From positions 33,825 to 97,824 of the forward strand of contig JBMNPN010000001.1 in NCBI GenBank assembly GCA_050943615.1: DNA of 64,000 nt, given 5' to 3'. The position numbers and the translations under genes are program-made. Source of the DNA: Coriobacteriales bacterium. GTDB taxonomy: Bacteria > Actinomycetota > Coriobacteriia > Coriobacteriales > QAMH01. The stretch's first letter is position 1. Each line of letters starts with the position of its first letter. Under the pieces are notes generated by a model. The model ran no database searches. It was not told the DNA's origin and saw nothing but the letters and a program-made list of their open reading frames with translations. This document shows, in pieces, positions 49,892-58,246 of this stretch.

Positions 49892-50088
49892 GTCTCGGAC
49901 GTGGGCGGATGCGCCCGTTTACCGAGCGTTAGATGCTGCCTAGTAGTGCGTTTGGGCACAAGCGTGTAAAGTACGCACTGCGCCGACGTTGGCAGGCCTG
50001 TACCTGCTGTTTCGGCACGATACGAAGAGACGAGGAACAAGAGAGAGCGGCTTTCACACGAGAGCCGAAAACGATCAGGAGGTACATC

Positions 50089-50256
50089 ATGGCAGTGAAG
50101 ATCAACACTGACGAGTGCATTGCATGCGGGGCCTGCGCCGACGCGTGCCCGGTGAGCGCTTTGACCGTCAACGAGCATGCCGAGGTCAACGAGGACGAGT
50201 GCATCGAGTGCGGCGCCTGCGTCGACACCTGCCCGGTGAGCGCCCTCTCGCTGTAG
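50089..50256 (+). CDS. 2x[4Fe-4S] ferredoxin (55 aa)
   Basis: CIACGACADACP and CIECGACVDTCP; ATG after AGGAGG. Confidence 0.85.
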   Translation: MAVKINTDECIACGACADACPVSALTVNEHAEVNEDECIECGACVDTCPVSALSL

Positions 50257-50290
50257 CGGCAACGCCATAAGTTTTATAGCAAGCTTTGTG

Positions 50291-50317
50291 AGAGCCCGCC
50301 TCGTGCGGGCTCTTTTC
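50291..50317 (+). terminator. intrinsic terminator after ferredoxin
   Basis: AGAGCCCGC-CTCGT-GCGGGCTCT followed by TTTC. Confidence 0.65.
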
Positions 50318-50336
50318 ACGGAAAGGCACGTGCGTC

Positions 50337-51668
50337 ATGAAGACCGAGAAACTCCAGATCGATGCGCTCGCCTATGGCGGGGACGGCGTCGGACATCTGT
50401 CCGACGGGCGCGCGTGCTTTGTCGCCGGGGCGTTTCCGGGCGACACGGTCGAGGTGGCGCTTTTCGAGGACAAGGAGCGCTTTGCCCGCGGTCGCGTCGA
50501 GTCATTTGCCGAGCGGTCGGCCGAACGCGTCAAACCCACTTGCCCGCTTGCCGCCGATGGGACATGCGGCGGCTGCCCCTGGGCGCCGCTCTTCTACGAG
50601 CGGCAGCTTTTCTGGAAGCGCCAGGCGCTCGTGGACGCCCTCGTCCACATCGCCAAGTTCGACGCCTCGAAGGCAGAGGAGCTGGTCGAGCCCTGTGTCG
50701 CGAGCAACCGCACGTGGGGGTACCGCAACAAGGTCGAGTTCGTGTCCGGGCTCGATGTCGCGGGACGCTTCACGCTCGGCATGCACGCCCGGAGCTCAAA
50801 TTTCGTGCCCCTCTCGTCATGCAAGCTCTGCGATGCCAGAATCGAGAAGGCCCCCAAGGCGCTGACCGGGGCCTTGCGCTACGCGATGGGAGACCTCGAC
50901 CTCAAGATCGAGCGCGTCGGCGTGCGCTTCTCGCGGCGCACGCACGATACGGAAATCGCGATCTGGACTGCGCCGGGGCGCTTTCCCCGCGCAGCCATGG
51001 CCCGAGTCCTTTCCGAGGCGCTGCCTGTCAAGCACGCCGGTGTCACGCGCGTGCTCGTCAAGGGGGATGCCAAGAAGCGCAAGATCGCCGGGGTCGAATC
51101 GCTTGCCGGGCACGGCTACTGGACCGAACGGATCGCCGGGCGCACGATGGCGCTTTCCGCGCCGAGCTTCTTTCAGGTGAACACGGCGCAGGCCGAGCGC
51201 CTCGTCGACCTCGTGATGGAGTTTCTCGAGCCGGATGGGCTGGATTCCGTGCTCGACCTGTACTCGGGCGCGGGGACTTTCACGCTGCCGCTCGCGGAGC
51301 GTGCAGGAGTCGTGCGAGCCGTCGAGATGGAAGGTTCTTCCGTGCGCGACCTGCGCCGCAACCTCGATCGCAACAACTTGGCCGCAGAGGTCATCGGCGG
51401 CGATGTGGAACGCGAGCTCGCCGATCTCGGGATGGTCGACAAGGTCGTCGTGGACCCGCCGCGCAGCGGCCTGGGCGGCAAGGTCGTCTCTGCGCTCGTC
51501 GCCACGCGTGCCGCGCGCATCGCCTATGTGAGCTGCAATCCGACTACGCTTGCCCGGGACCTCAAAGGGCTCTGCGCGGCGGGGTATGAGCTTGTCCGCG
51601 CGGTGCCGGTCGACCTGTTTCCCCAGACCTATCATGTCGAGACGGTCTGCCTGCTTGCGCGTGATTAG
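50337..51668 (+). CDS. RumA/TrmA-family 23S rRNA (uracil-5)-methyltransferase
   Basis: N-terminal TRAM domain, Cys cluster CPLAADGTCGGCPW, SAM-binding DLYSGAGTF, VDPPRSG, YVSCNP. Confidence 0.85.
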   Translation: MKTEKLQIDALAYGGDGVGHLSDGRACFVAGAFPGDTVEVALFEDKERFARGRVESFAERSAERVKPTCPLAADGTCGGCPWAPLFYERQLFWKRQALVDALVHIAKFDASKAEELVEPCVASNRTWGYRNKVEFVSGLDVAGRFTLGMHARSSNFVPLSSCKLCDARIEKAPKALTGALRYAMGDLDLKIERVGVRFSRRTHDTEIAIWTAPGRFPRAAMARVLSEALPVKHAGVTRVLVKGDAKKRKIAGVESLAGHGYWTERIAGRTMALSAPSFFQVNTAQAERLVDLVMEFLEPDGLDSVLDLYSGAGTFTLPLAERAGVVRAVEMEGSSVRDLRRNLDRNNLAAEVIGGDVERELADLGMVDKVVVDPPRSGLGGKVVSALVATRAARIAYVSCNPTTLARDLKGLCAAGYELVRAVPVDLFPQTYHVETVCLLARD

Positions 51669-51741
51669 CGAAAAGCGGGAATGCACCGCCAGCAGACGCG
51701 GCGTTGTCCTCGTCGTCAAATGCATTAAAATGCCATGTCGT

Positions 51742-51818
51742 GTCCCCTTAGCTCAGCTGGATAGAGCGTCTGCCTCCGGAGCAGAAGGTCGCGGGTTCGA
51801 ATCCCACAGGGGGCACCA
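51742..51818 (+). tRNA. tRNA-Arg (anticodon CCG), encoded CCA
   Basis: Hand-folded: acceptor GTCCCCT/AGGGGGC, D-arm GCTC/GAGC, anticodon stem TCTGC/GCAGA with loop CTCCGGA, T-loop TTCGAAT (one C-A mismatch in the T stem). Confidence 0.85.
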
Positions 51819-51915
51819 GACCTTACCTTTTCGCAAAAAAAGATGCATATCAGGTCCCGCGAAGAGCGCGTCGGACGTTTTTTGCGTGCGGATTTATGCG
51901 AAGATGTGAATGCAC

Positions 51916-51924
51916 TGTTAGAAT
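51916..51924 (+). promoter_or_regulatory. extended -10 promoter (TGtTAGAAT) upstream of ppiB
   Basis: TGTTAGAAT lies 70 nt upstream of ATG 51995. Confidence 0.4.
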
Positions 51925-51994
51925 CTACACGATTATGTCCTGAACAAGCGGCCTTTCGCGTGCAACCGCGTCCGGCCAATACAGGAGGCACCAA

Positions 51995-52525
51995 ATGGCT
52001 CTCTACACACCTGAGTACAAGCCCAATGGCAAGGAAATCGCCGTCATCGTCACCGATGAGGGCACGATTCGCGTCCAGCTCCATGGCGAAGATGCCCCCA
52101 TTCACGTGGGCAATTTCGTCGAGCTCGCCCAGAAGGGCTTCTACGATGGACTCAAGTTCCACCGCTACGTTCCCGGTTTCGTCATCCAGGGCGGCTGCCC
52201 CAACACCCGCAACATGACCCCCGAGCAGGTCGCCGCTGGCGGTTCTGGTCCCGACGGCCGTCCCGGCACCGGCGGTCCCGGCTACTCCATCAAAGGCGAG
52301 TGGCGCACCAACCCGCATAACTCCCACGAGGACGGCACGCTCGCCATGGCGCGCAGCTCGATGCCGGATTCTGCGGGCTCGCAGTTCTACTTCTGCCTCG
52401 GCCCCCAGCATTTCCTCGACACCGACTACACGGTCTTCGGTGACACGATCGAGGGCCTCGACGTGATCGGCAAGCTCCGTGCCGGCAGCGTCATCGAGAG
52501 CATCACGATCGAGAACGCGAACTAA
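51995..52525 (+). CDS. ppiB: cyclophilin-type peptidyl-prolyl isomerase
   Basis: FHRYVPGFVIQGG, SQFYF motifs; AGGAGG SD. Confidence 0.9.
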   Translation: MALYTPEYKPNGKEIAVIVTDEGTIRVQLHGEDAPIHVGNFVELAQKGFYDGLKFHRYVPGFVIQGGCPNTRNMTPEQVAAGGSGPDGRPGTGGPGYSIKGEWRTNPHNSHEDGTLAMARSSMPDSAGSQFYFCLGPQHFLDTDYTVFGDTIEGLDVIGKLRAGSVIESITIENAN

Positions 52526-52567
52526 CAGGATTCGAATCGAGCATTTGCCTTAAGGGGTACCCACACT

Positions 52568-54679
52568 ATGGACGTCGGAATATTCAAGGAAGCTCAAGAA
52601 GCATACGCGCGCGGCGACTTCGACTCGGCGCTCGATGGCTTCATAGAGTGCACGCGCAGCGCAAATGAGCTGTCCCCTTCCGATTTGAGCAAGTTCTACC
52701 ATCTGATCGGCAATTGCTATGTCAAGCTCGGCGACCCTGTCGATGCCGCCTCGGCGTATTCGTATGCCCTGGCGGGCAGCTCCGAAAAGCGAAAGCCGTC
52801 GCTGTACGTGAATCTCGGCACGGCGCTTCTCGGGACCAAGGAATACGATAAGGCGCTCACCGCCTTCACGCGCGCGCTCGACTACCCGGTCTACACCACG
52901 CCCTACAAGGCCTATGCAGGTGTCGGCGCCGCCCAGCTCAAGCTCGGCAACATGACCGAGGCCGGTGCAGCCTATCGCGAGGCGGCACTCGACCCCGCCA
53001 ATCCCGACCCGGCAAAGGCGCTCGTCAATCTCGGCGTCTGCTTTATGGAGCTGGGACGCGCAGGCGATGCCGCCAAGACCTACGAGACGGCCCTCGAGTT
53101 CGACCTGGCTCCGACGGCACGTGCCAAGGCACTTGCCAACCTCGGCCAGGCCTATCTGGCGGAAGGGCGCGTCAACAAGGCGCTCTCCGCATTCGACGAG
53201 GCGCTTTCTGACGATACCTACCAGCTTTCCCCGATGGCGCGCCACGATTACGACATCGCGCTCACGTTGAAGGAAAAGCTCGACGCCCGCATGCCCGGCG
53301 TGCTCGATACGGGCTTTATCCCCAAGGTCGAGCCCGCAAAGGCAGAAGAGGACAAGGACAAGGCAGTCGAGGGCCCGACGACGATGGAGCTCGACAAGAG
53401 CGGGCATCTGCCCGTCTTCGGCGAGCCCGGCTTCGATCCCTTTGCCCCGCGCACGATCGATCCCGAGCAGCTCAAGGAAAAGGAAGAGGAACCCGAGGAG
53501 GATTCCGAAAAGTCCGCTGATGGGGCATCCGATGAGGGCGAGTCCGAGGAAGGTGCAAAAGAGGCATCTGAAGGGGAAGCGCCCGAGGAGGAAATCCCCG
53601 AGGAAGAGCCTTCCGAAGAGGAGGAACCGCCAGAACCCGAAAGCGAGACGGTTCGAGAAGAGCCGGTATCCGAGGAGTCCGAGGAGCCCGAGGCGTCCGC
53701 AGAGGCTGCAGAGCCCCGTCGCGTCAACGACGATGGCGTTGACGAAGAGGAGCTCGAGGCGGCGCTCGAGGAACTCGGCATTGCAACGCACGACGACCGC
53801 CGCGCGGGCGCGAGCGACAGCGTCGAACACGAGCAGGCACGCCAAGACGCCGACGAGCTGGGTCCGGACCCGGATGCGACCATGGTCCTCGTGCCCGATG
53901 AGGCTTCCACGGCAGAGACGGTCCTCATCCCTGCGGTCGAGCCCAACTCCGATCTGGAGATCCCGACCGAGGAGAATCCCGTCATCACGGAATCCGAAGA
54001 TGAGGCCGAGGATGAGCAGGAAGAGCCCGCGGAGTCGGGAGAAGAGGACCCCGACAAGACCGACGTGCTCGCGCATCCGGTTTCTACCGGCATCCCAGAC
54101 GAGGAGCTCGAGGTCGAGGGACAGACCTTTGACGACGACATCATCGATTCCGGCGAGCCGCTCGTCGACCTCGATGCAACCGACACGCACATGCCCTCTC
54201 CGGAGAACACGGAGTTCTTCGATAGAACCGAAGAGCAGATTGTCGAAGATGCCCGCGAGGACCGCAAGAAGGCGCGCAAATCCCGTGGCGTCGGGCTGAA
54301 GGTCGCCATCCTGATTGTCGTGCTCGCCATCCTCGTCGTGGGCGCCGGCGCCGTTGCCTATGTCCTCGGGTATGGCTATCCGATGCAGGAAGACATCGCG
54401 CGCGACTTCTTTGCCGCTGCGCAAAGCGGCAGCGACACGTCGCAGTACTGGGCAAGCGATGTCGACGAGAGCTCCCAGAATTCCCAAATGGCGGTTCTTG
54501 GCGATTTGACCTCGTACAATGTCGAGGCGGTCTCGCGCAGCATGTCGCAGACGACCGTTTACGTCAAGGGCACGCTCTCGGAGGGCGGTCAGGTCGACTA
54601 CGAGCTGGTCATGAGCCGCAACGGCATTTCTTGGGCCATCGAGTACATCGAGCTCTACTTCCCCAGCCAAGACCAATAG
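52568..54679 (+). CDS. TPR-repeat protein with long acidic linker, one TM and a small C-terminal domain
   Basis: N-terminal ~230 aa of 34-residue A/Y/G-patterned repeats, ~260 aa rich in E/D/P, TM VAILIVVLAILVVGAGAVAYVLG. Confidence 0.75.
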   Translation: MDVGIFKEAQEAYARGDFDSALDGFIECTRSANELSPSDLSKFYHLIGNCYVKLGDPVDAASAYSYALAGSSEKRKPSLYVNLGTALLGTKEYDKALTAFTRALDYPVYTTPYKAYAGVGAAQLKLGNMTEAGAAYREAALDPANPDPAKALVNLGVCFMELGRAGDAAKTYETALEFDLAPTARAKALANLGQAYLAEGRVNKALSAFDEALSDDTYQLSPMARHDYDIALTLKEKLDARMPGVLDTGFIPKVEPAKAEEDKDKAVEGPTTMELDKSGHLPVFGEPGFDPFAPRTIDPEQLKEKEEEPEEDSEKSADGASDEGESEEGAKEASEGEAPEEEIPEEEPSEEEEPPEPESETVREEPVSEESEEPEASAEAAEPRRVNDDGVDEEELEAALEELGIATHDDRRAGASDSVEHEQARQDADELGPDPDATMVLVPDEASTAETVLIPAVEPNSDLEIPTEENPVITESEDEAEDEQEEPAESGEEDPDKTDVLAHPVSTGIPDEELEVEGQTFDDDIIDSGEPLVDLDATDTHMPSPENTEFFDRTEEQIVEDAREDRKKARKSRGVGLKVAILIVVLAILVVGAGAVAYVLGYGYPMQEDIARDFFAAAQSGSDTSQYWASDVDESSQNSQMAVLGDLTSYNVEAVSRSMSQTTVYVKGTLSEGGQVDYELVMSRNGISWAIEYIELYFPSQDQ

Positions 54680-54766
54680 CGCAAGCAGGTACTTACGGCC
54701 CCGGGGCGTGCGGTCCGTGTGCATCGGGGCCGATTGCATGAAATGGACACGAAAGGAAAGCGAACA

Positions 54767-55174
54767 ATGGCAATCGAGAGAACCTACAACATGATCAAGC
54801 CCGACGGCGTGCGCAACCACCACATCGGCGAGATCATCACCCGCATCGAGCGTGTGGGGCTTACCATCGAGCGCATGGAGCTCGGCATGGTGACCAAGGA
54901 ACAGGCAGAGGCCAACTACGGCGAGCACAAGGGCAAGCCCTTCTACGACGGTCTCATCTCCTACATCACCTCCGGCCCGGTTGTGAAGATGGTCGTCTCC
55001 GGCGAAAACGCCGTCGCCACGATGCGCAAGCTCATGGGCGCGACCAATTGCGCCGATGCCGCTCCCGGCACCATCCGCGGCGATTTTGGCCTGACGGTCG
55101 ACGAAAACGTCATTCACGGCAGCGATTCTGTCGAGTCCGCCAAACGAGAGATTGCGGTGTTCTTCGGAGAGTAG
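54767..55174 (+). CDS. ndk: nucleoside diphosphate kinase
   Basis: ERTYNMIKPDG, NVIHGSD catalytic His motif. Confidence 0.95.
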   Translation: MAIERTYNMIKPDGVRNHHIGEIITRIERVGLTIERMELGMVTKEQAEANYGEHKGKPFYDGLISYITSGPVVKMVVSGENAVATMRKLMGATNCADAAPGTIRGDFGLTVDENVIHGSDSVESAKREIAVFFGE

Positions 55175-55200
55175 CTCCGCTCATCCCCGCAAGGAGGGGC

Positions 55201-55252
55201 AGGGGCCCGGGCGCGTCCGATGCAATGCACGGCGTGCCCGGGCCCCTTTTCA
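55201..55252 (+). terminator. intrinsic terminator after ndk
   Basis: Perfect 12-bp outer stem AGGGGCCCGGGC/GCCCGGGCCCCT followed by TTTTCAGG. Confidence 0.75.
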
Positions 55253-55311
55253 GGTTCTCGGGTGCGCATTGGCCGAGCTGCGGAAAGACTCATTGGCGTG
55301 CGATTCGTTAT

Positions 55312-55420
55312 TTGACAATGCCGTGGATTGTGGTTACTTTCGTAATTCAGGCTTTCGCACGGGATGCGGTGCACGTAGGCGTGCTAAACTTTTTCATCCC
55401 TGCTGCAAGTAGCGTACAAT
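55312..55420 (+). promoter_or_regulatory. candidate mreB promoter region
   Basis: TTGACA (55312-55317), 17 nt, TACTTT (55335-55340); a second -10-like TACAAT at 55415-55420. Confidence 0.35.
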
Positions 55421-55480
55421 GCAGGAGCTCGAACCGAAACGAACGAAAAACGCAGGCTGGAGTTGGAGTAAGGAGCGGCA

Positions 55481-56521
55481 ATGTCGCTGTCAGATAGACT
55501 CTTTGGCAATTTCGGTAGCGATATGGCTATCGACCTGGGGACTGCCAACACATTGGTCTCCGTCAGAGGACAGGGAATCGTCATCAACGAACCCTCTGTC
55601 GTCGCAATAGAAAAGCAGGAGCAGCGCGTGCTCGCGGTCGGCGCCGCGGCAAAGGAGATGCTCGGCCGCACTCCGGGCAGCATCGTCGCCGTGCGCCCGC
55701 TCAAAGACGGCGTGATTGCCGACTTCGACGTGACCGAGGCGATGCTGCGCTATTTCATCAACAAAGCACAGGGCAAGCGCATGCCCTGGCATCCCAAGCC
55801 GCGTGTGGTCGTATGCGTTCCGAGCGGTGTCACGAGCGTCGAGAAGCGCGCCGTCTTCGAGGCGACCATCACCGCCGGTGCTCGCCAGGCCTTCCTCATC
55901 GAAGAGCCCATGGCCGCCGCTATCGGCGCCGGGCTTCCCGTCGACAGCCCGACCGGCTCGATGGTCGTCGACATCGGAGGCGGCACCACCGAAGTCGCTG
56001 TCATCTCCATGGGCGGCATTGTCAAATCGACTTCGATCCGCATCGCGGGCGACGCCTTTGACACGGCGGTCGTCCAGTATGCGAAGACCCACTACAACTT
56101 GGCCATCGGAGAGAGAACCGCCGAGGAAATCAAGATCACGATCGGTTCTGCGGCACCGCTCGTCGAGGAGGTCGACGTCGAGGTCCGTGGTCGCGACCTG
56201 CTCTCCGGTCTGCCGCGTACCGTGCGCATCGAGAGCGAAGACGTGCGCGAGGCGCTCGAAGAGCCGGTCAGCAAGATGATCCAGGCCGTCAAGGACACGA
56301 TGGACGAGACACCGCCTGACCTGGCGAGCGACCTCATGGAGTACGGCATCACCCTGACGGGCGGTGGCGGCATGCTCCGTGGCCTCGACGAGCGCCTGCG
56401 AAACGAGATAGGCGTTCCGGTCCATGTTTCCGAAACGGCGCTCATAAACGTCGTCGAAGGCTGCGCGGCCGTCCTCGAATCCCCCGACTTCCTCTCGCAG
56501 CCATACATGCAGCAGAGGTAA
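55481..56521 (+). CDS. mreB: rod shape-determining protein MreB
   Basis: DLGTANTLV, EPMAAAIGAG, DIGGGTTE actin-fold motifs; AAGGAG SD. Confidence 0.95.
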   Translation: MSLSDRLFGNFGSDMAIDLGTANTLVSVRGQGIVINEPSVVAIEKQEQRVLAVGAAAKEMLGRTPGSIVAVRPLKDGVIADFDVTEAMLRYFINKAQGKRMPWHPKPRVVVCVPSGVTSVEKRAVFEATITAGARQAFLIEEPMAAAIGAGLPVDSPTGSMVVDIGGGTTEVAVISMGGIVKSTSIRIAGDAFDTAVVQYAKTHYNLAIGERTAEEIKITIGSAAPLVEEVDVEVRGRDLLSGLPRTVRIESEDVREALEEPVSKMIQAVKDTMDETPPDLASDLMEYGITLTGGGGMLRGLDERLRNEIGVPVHVSETALINVVEGCAAVLESPDFLSQPYMQQR

Positions 56522-56527
56522 CGTTAC

Positions 56528-57682
56528 ATGCCAGGGCTATCGTTCGCTAACAGCCAAACCCAGCAGCGACGCCCGGGCCGTTGGTGGATTCCGGTCGTCC
56601 TCATAATCTTGTCCGTCGCGCTGATCACGCTGTCCGTGCGCTTTGACAACGGCGGCCCGTTCGCCGTTGCCCGCGATGCCGTGCAATCGGTGACCAAGCC
56701 CGTCCAGGTGGCCTGCTCGGGGCTCTCGACGCCGTTCAAGAGCCTGCAAAACGTCGGCACTTCCGACGAGGTCGCCCAGCTCGAGCAGGAAAACGAGCAG
56801 CTTCAGACGCTCGTGGCAGAGCTCGAGGAATACCGCCAGCAGGACCAGCGCCTCACCTCGCTTATCAAGCTCTCCGATACTTATGGGCTCGAGTACACGA
56901 GTGCCGAGGTCGTTGGGACGACGAGCGGTTGGAACCGCACGGCCACGATCAACAAGGGGTCTGCCGACGGCATCCAGGTCGGCATGGGCGTCATGAGCTC
57001 GTGCGGGCTGTACGGCCAGGTCGAGTCTGTCACGGAAAACCAGAGCGTGGTACGTCTCGTCAACGATGCGAACAGCTCCGTTTCCGCCATGGTGCAGAGC
57101 TCGCGTGCGCGCGGCATCCTGACGGGCTCCTACGATGGAACCCTCACGCTCTCCTACGTCTCTGTGGAAAAGAAGGTGGGCGAGGGCGACATCGTCATCT
57201 CGTCCGGACAGGGAGGAACCTATCCGCGTGGATTGGTTATCGGGACGGTGAAAAGTGTTGACACGGATTCCTCCAAGCTCTATTACCGCATAACCGTTGA
57301 CCCGATCTACAACATCGATTCGTGTGAGGAGGTTATGGTGCTGACGGGAAATGAGTCCTCGACGCAGAGTCTTCTCGACGAGAAGGCAATAGAGCAGATC
57401 AGAAGCGGCAGCACCGCCTCGGTCTCATCGTCGTCGAGTTCCTCGAGTTCCGATGCGAGCGCAGACTCGAGCTCTTCTGCATCGGCATCCTCGAGCTCGT
57501 CTTCTGCAGACTCGTCTACGTCGAGCTCCTCGTCTTCCGACTCCTCGTCGTCTTCGAGTTCTTCGTCTACGTCGAGTTCGGGGTCTTCATCATCTTCGAG
57601 CTCCTCTTCCAGCACCGATAACAACGGAAACCAGACGGAAAACCTCACCGCCAAGAGCTCTTCGGGAGGTTCCAGTGGCTAA
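56528..57682 (+). CDS. mreC: rod shape-determining protein MreC with ~90-aa Ser-rich tail
   Basis: N-terminal TM, coiled coil (ENEQLQTLVAELEEYRQQ), beta-barrel region (GIQVGMGV, GDIVISSGQGGTYPRGLVIGTV). Confidence 0.85.
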   Translation: MPGLSFANSQTQQRRPGRWWIPVVLIILSVALITLSVRFDNGGPFAVARDAVQSVTKPVQVACSGLSTPFKSLQNVGTSDEVAQLEQENEQLQTLVAELEEYRQQDQRLTSLIKLSDTYGLEYTSAEVVGTTSGWNRTATINKGSADGIQVGMGVMSSCGLYGQVESVTENQSVVRLVNDANSSVSAMVQSSRARGILTGSYDGTLTLSYVSVEKKVGEGDIVISSGQGGTYPRGLVIGTVKSVDTDSSKLYYRITVDPIYNIDSCEEVMVLTGNESSTQSLLDEKAIEQIRSGSTASVSSSSSSSSSDASADSSSSASASSSSSSADSSTSSSSSSDSSSSSSSSSTSSSGSSSSSSSSSSTDNNGNQTENLTAKSSSGGSSG

Positions 57683-58232
57683 GCCCGTCGTCTACCTCAT
57701 TACCTTTATCGTCTGCATATTTCTGCAGATGGGCGTTGCCCCTGCCATCGCGATTGCGGGCATACAGCCGGACTTTCTCGTGATCCCGGTCCTGCTCGTC
57801 GCGCTGTACTCGGGCGTCGGCCTCGGTTCGCTTACGGGCTTTCTCCTCGGGCTCTTCTTCGACCTGTCCGTGAGCGGGACCGTGGGGTGCATGGCGCTCG
57901 TCTTCACGATCGTCGCCTGCATCGTCGCGGCCATCGGCCAGGGTATGGAGACGCGGGCACCGCTTCTTGCCTGCCTCATCGCCCTGTGCTCGTCGTTTGC
58001 CATCGAGATTCTCTATGGCATTGCCGTGGCGCTCACCAACCCGGATGCCGGCGGCGTGGGCGTCGCGCTGTTGACCAGCTCGCTCCCAACGGCACTGTAC
58101 ACGACCGTATTCGCCTGCATCGCCCTCGTGACGATAGGGCTCGTCATGGCGGGGGACGCGCCTGCGGCGCACGGGCGCCTGGGCGGTTCCAGTCGCAACT
58201 CCATCCCCCGCATGCAATCTCGTCTCAAGTAG
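57675..58232 (+). CDS. mreD: rod shape-determining protein MreD
   Basis: GTG start after GGGAGGT, overlapping the mreC stop. Five or so TMs, position conserved between mreC and mrdA. Confidence 0.7.
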   Translation: MAKPVVYLITFIVCIFLQMGVAPAIAIAGIQPDFLVIPVLLVALYSGVGLGSLTGFLLGLFFDLSVSGTVGCMALVFTIVACIVAAIGQGMETRAPLLACLIALCSSFAIEILYGIAVALTNPDAGGVGVALLTSSLPTALYTTVFACIALVTIGLVMAGDAPAAHGRLGGSSRNSIPRMQSRLK

Positions 58233-58246
58233 GGAGCGCGACTAGT

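Noticed and set aside
52550-55117. 855-aa minus-strand ORF
   Set aside because: It is antisense to the TPR protein and ndk. It is generated by the acidic GA-rich coding tract on the plus strand.
57410-57680. Considered the Ser-codon tract as a DNA-level tandem repeat or contingency locus
   Set aside because: The codons are heterogeneous (TCG/TCC/AGC/TCT/AGT, interspersed with GAC/GCA), and I could not find a unit-length periodicity beyond the codon. I therefore treat it as a protein-level low-complexity tail rather than a slippage-prone repeat.
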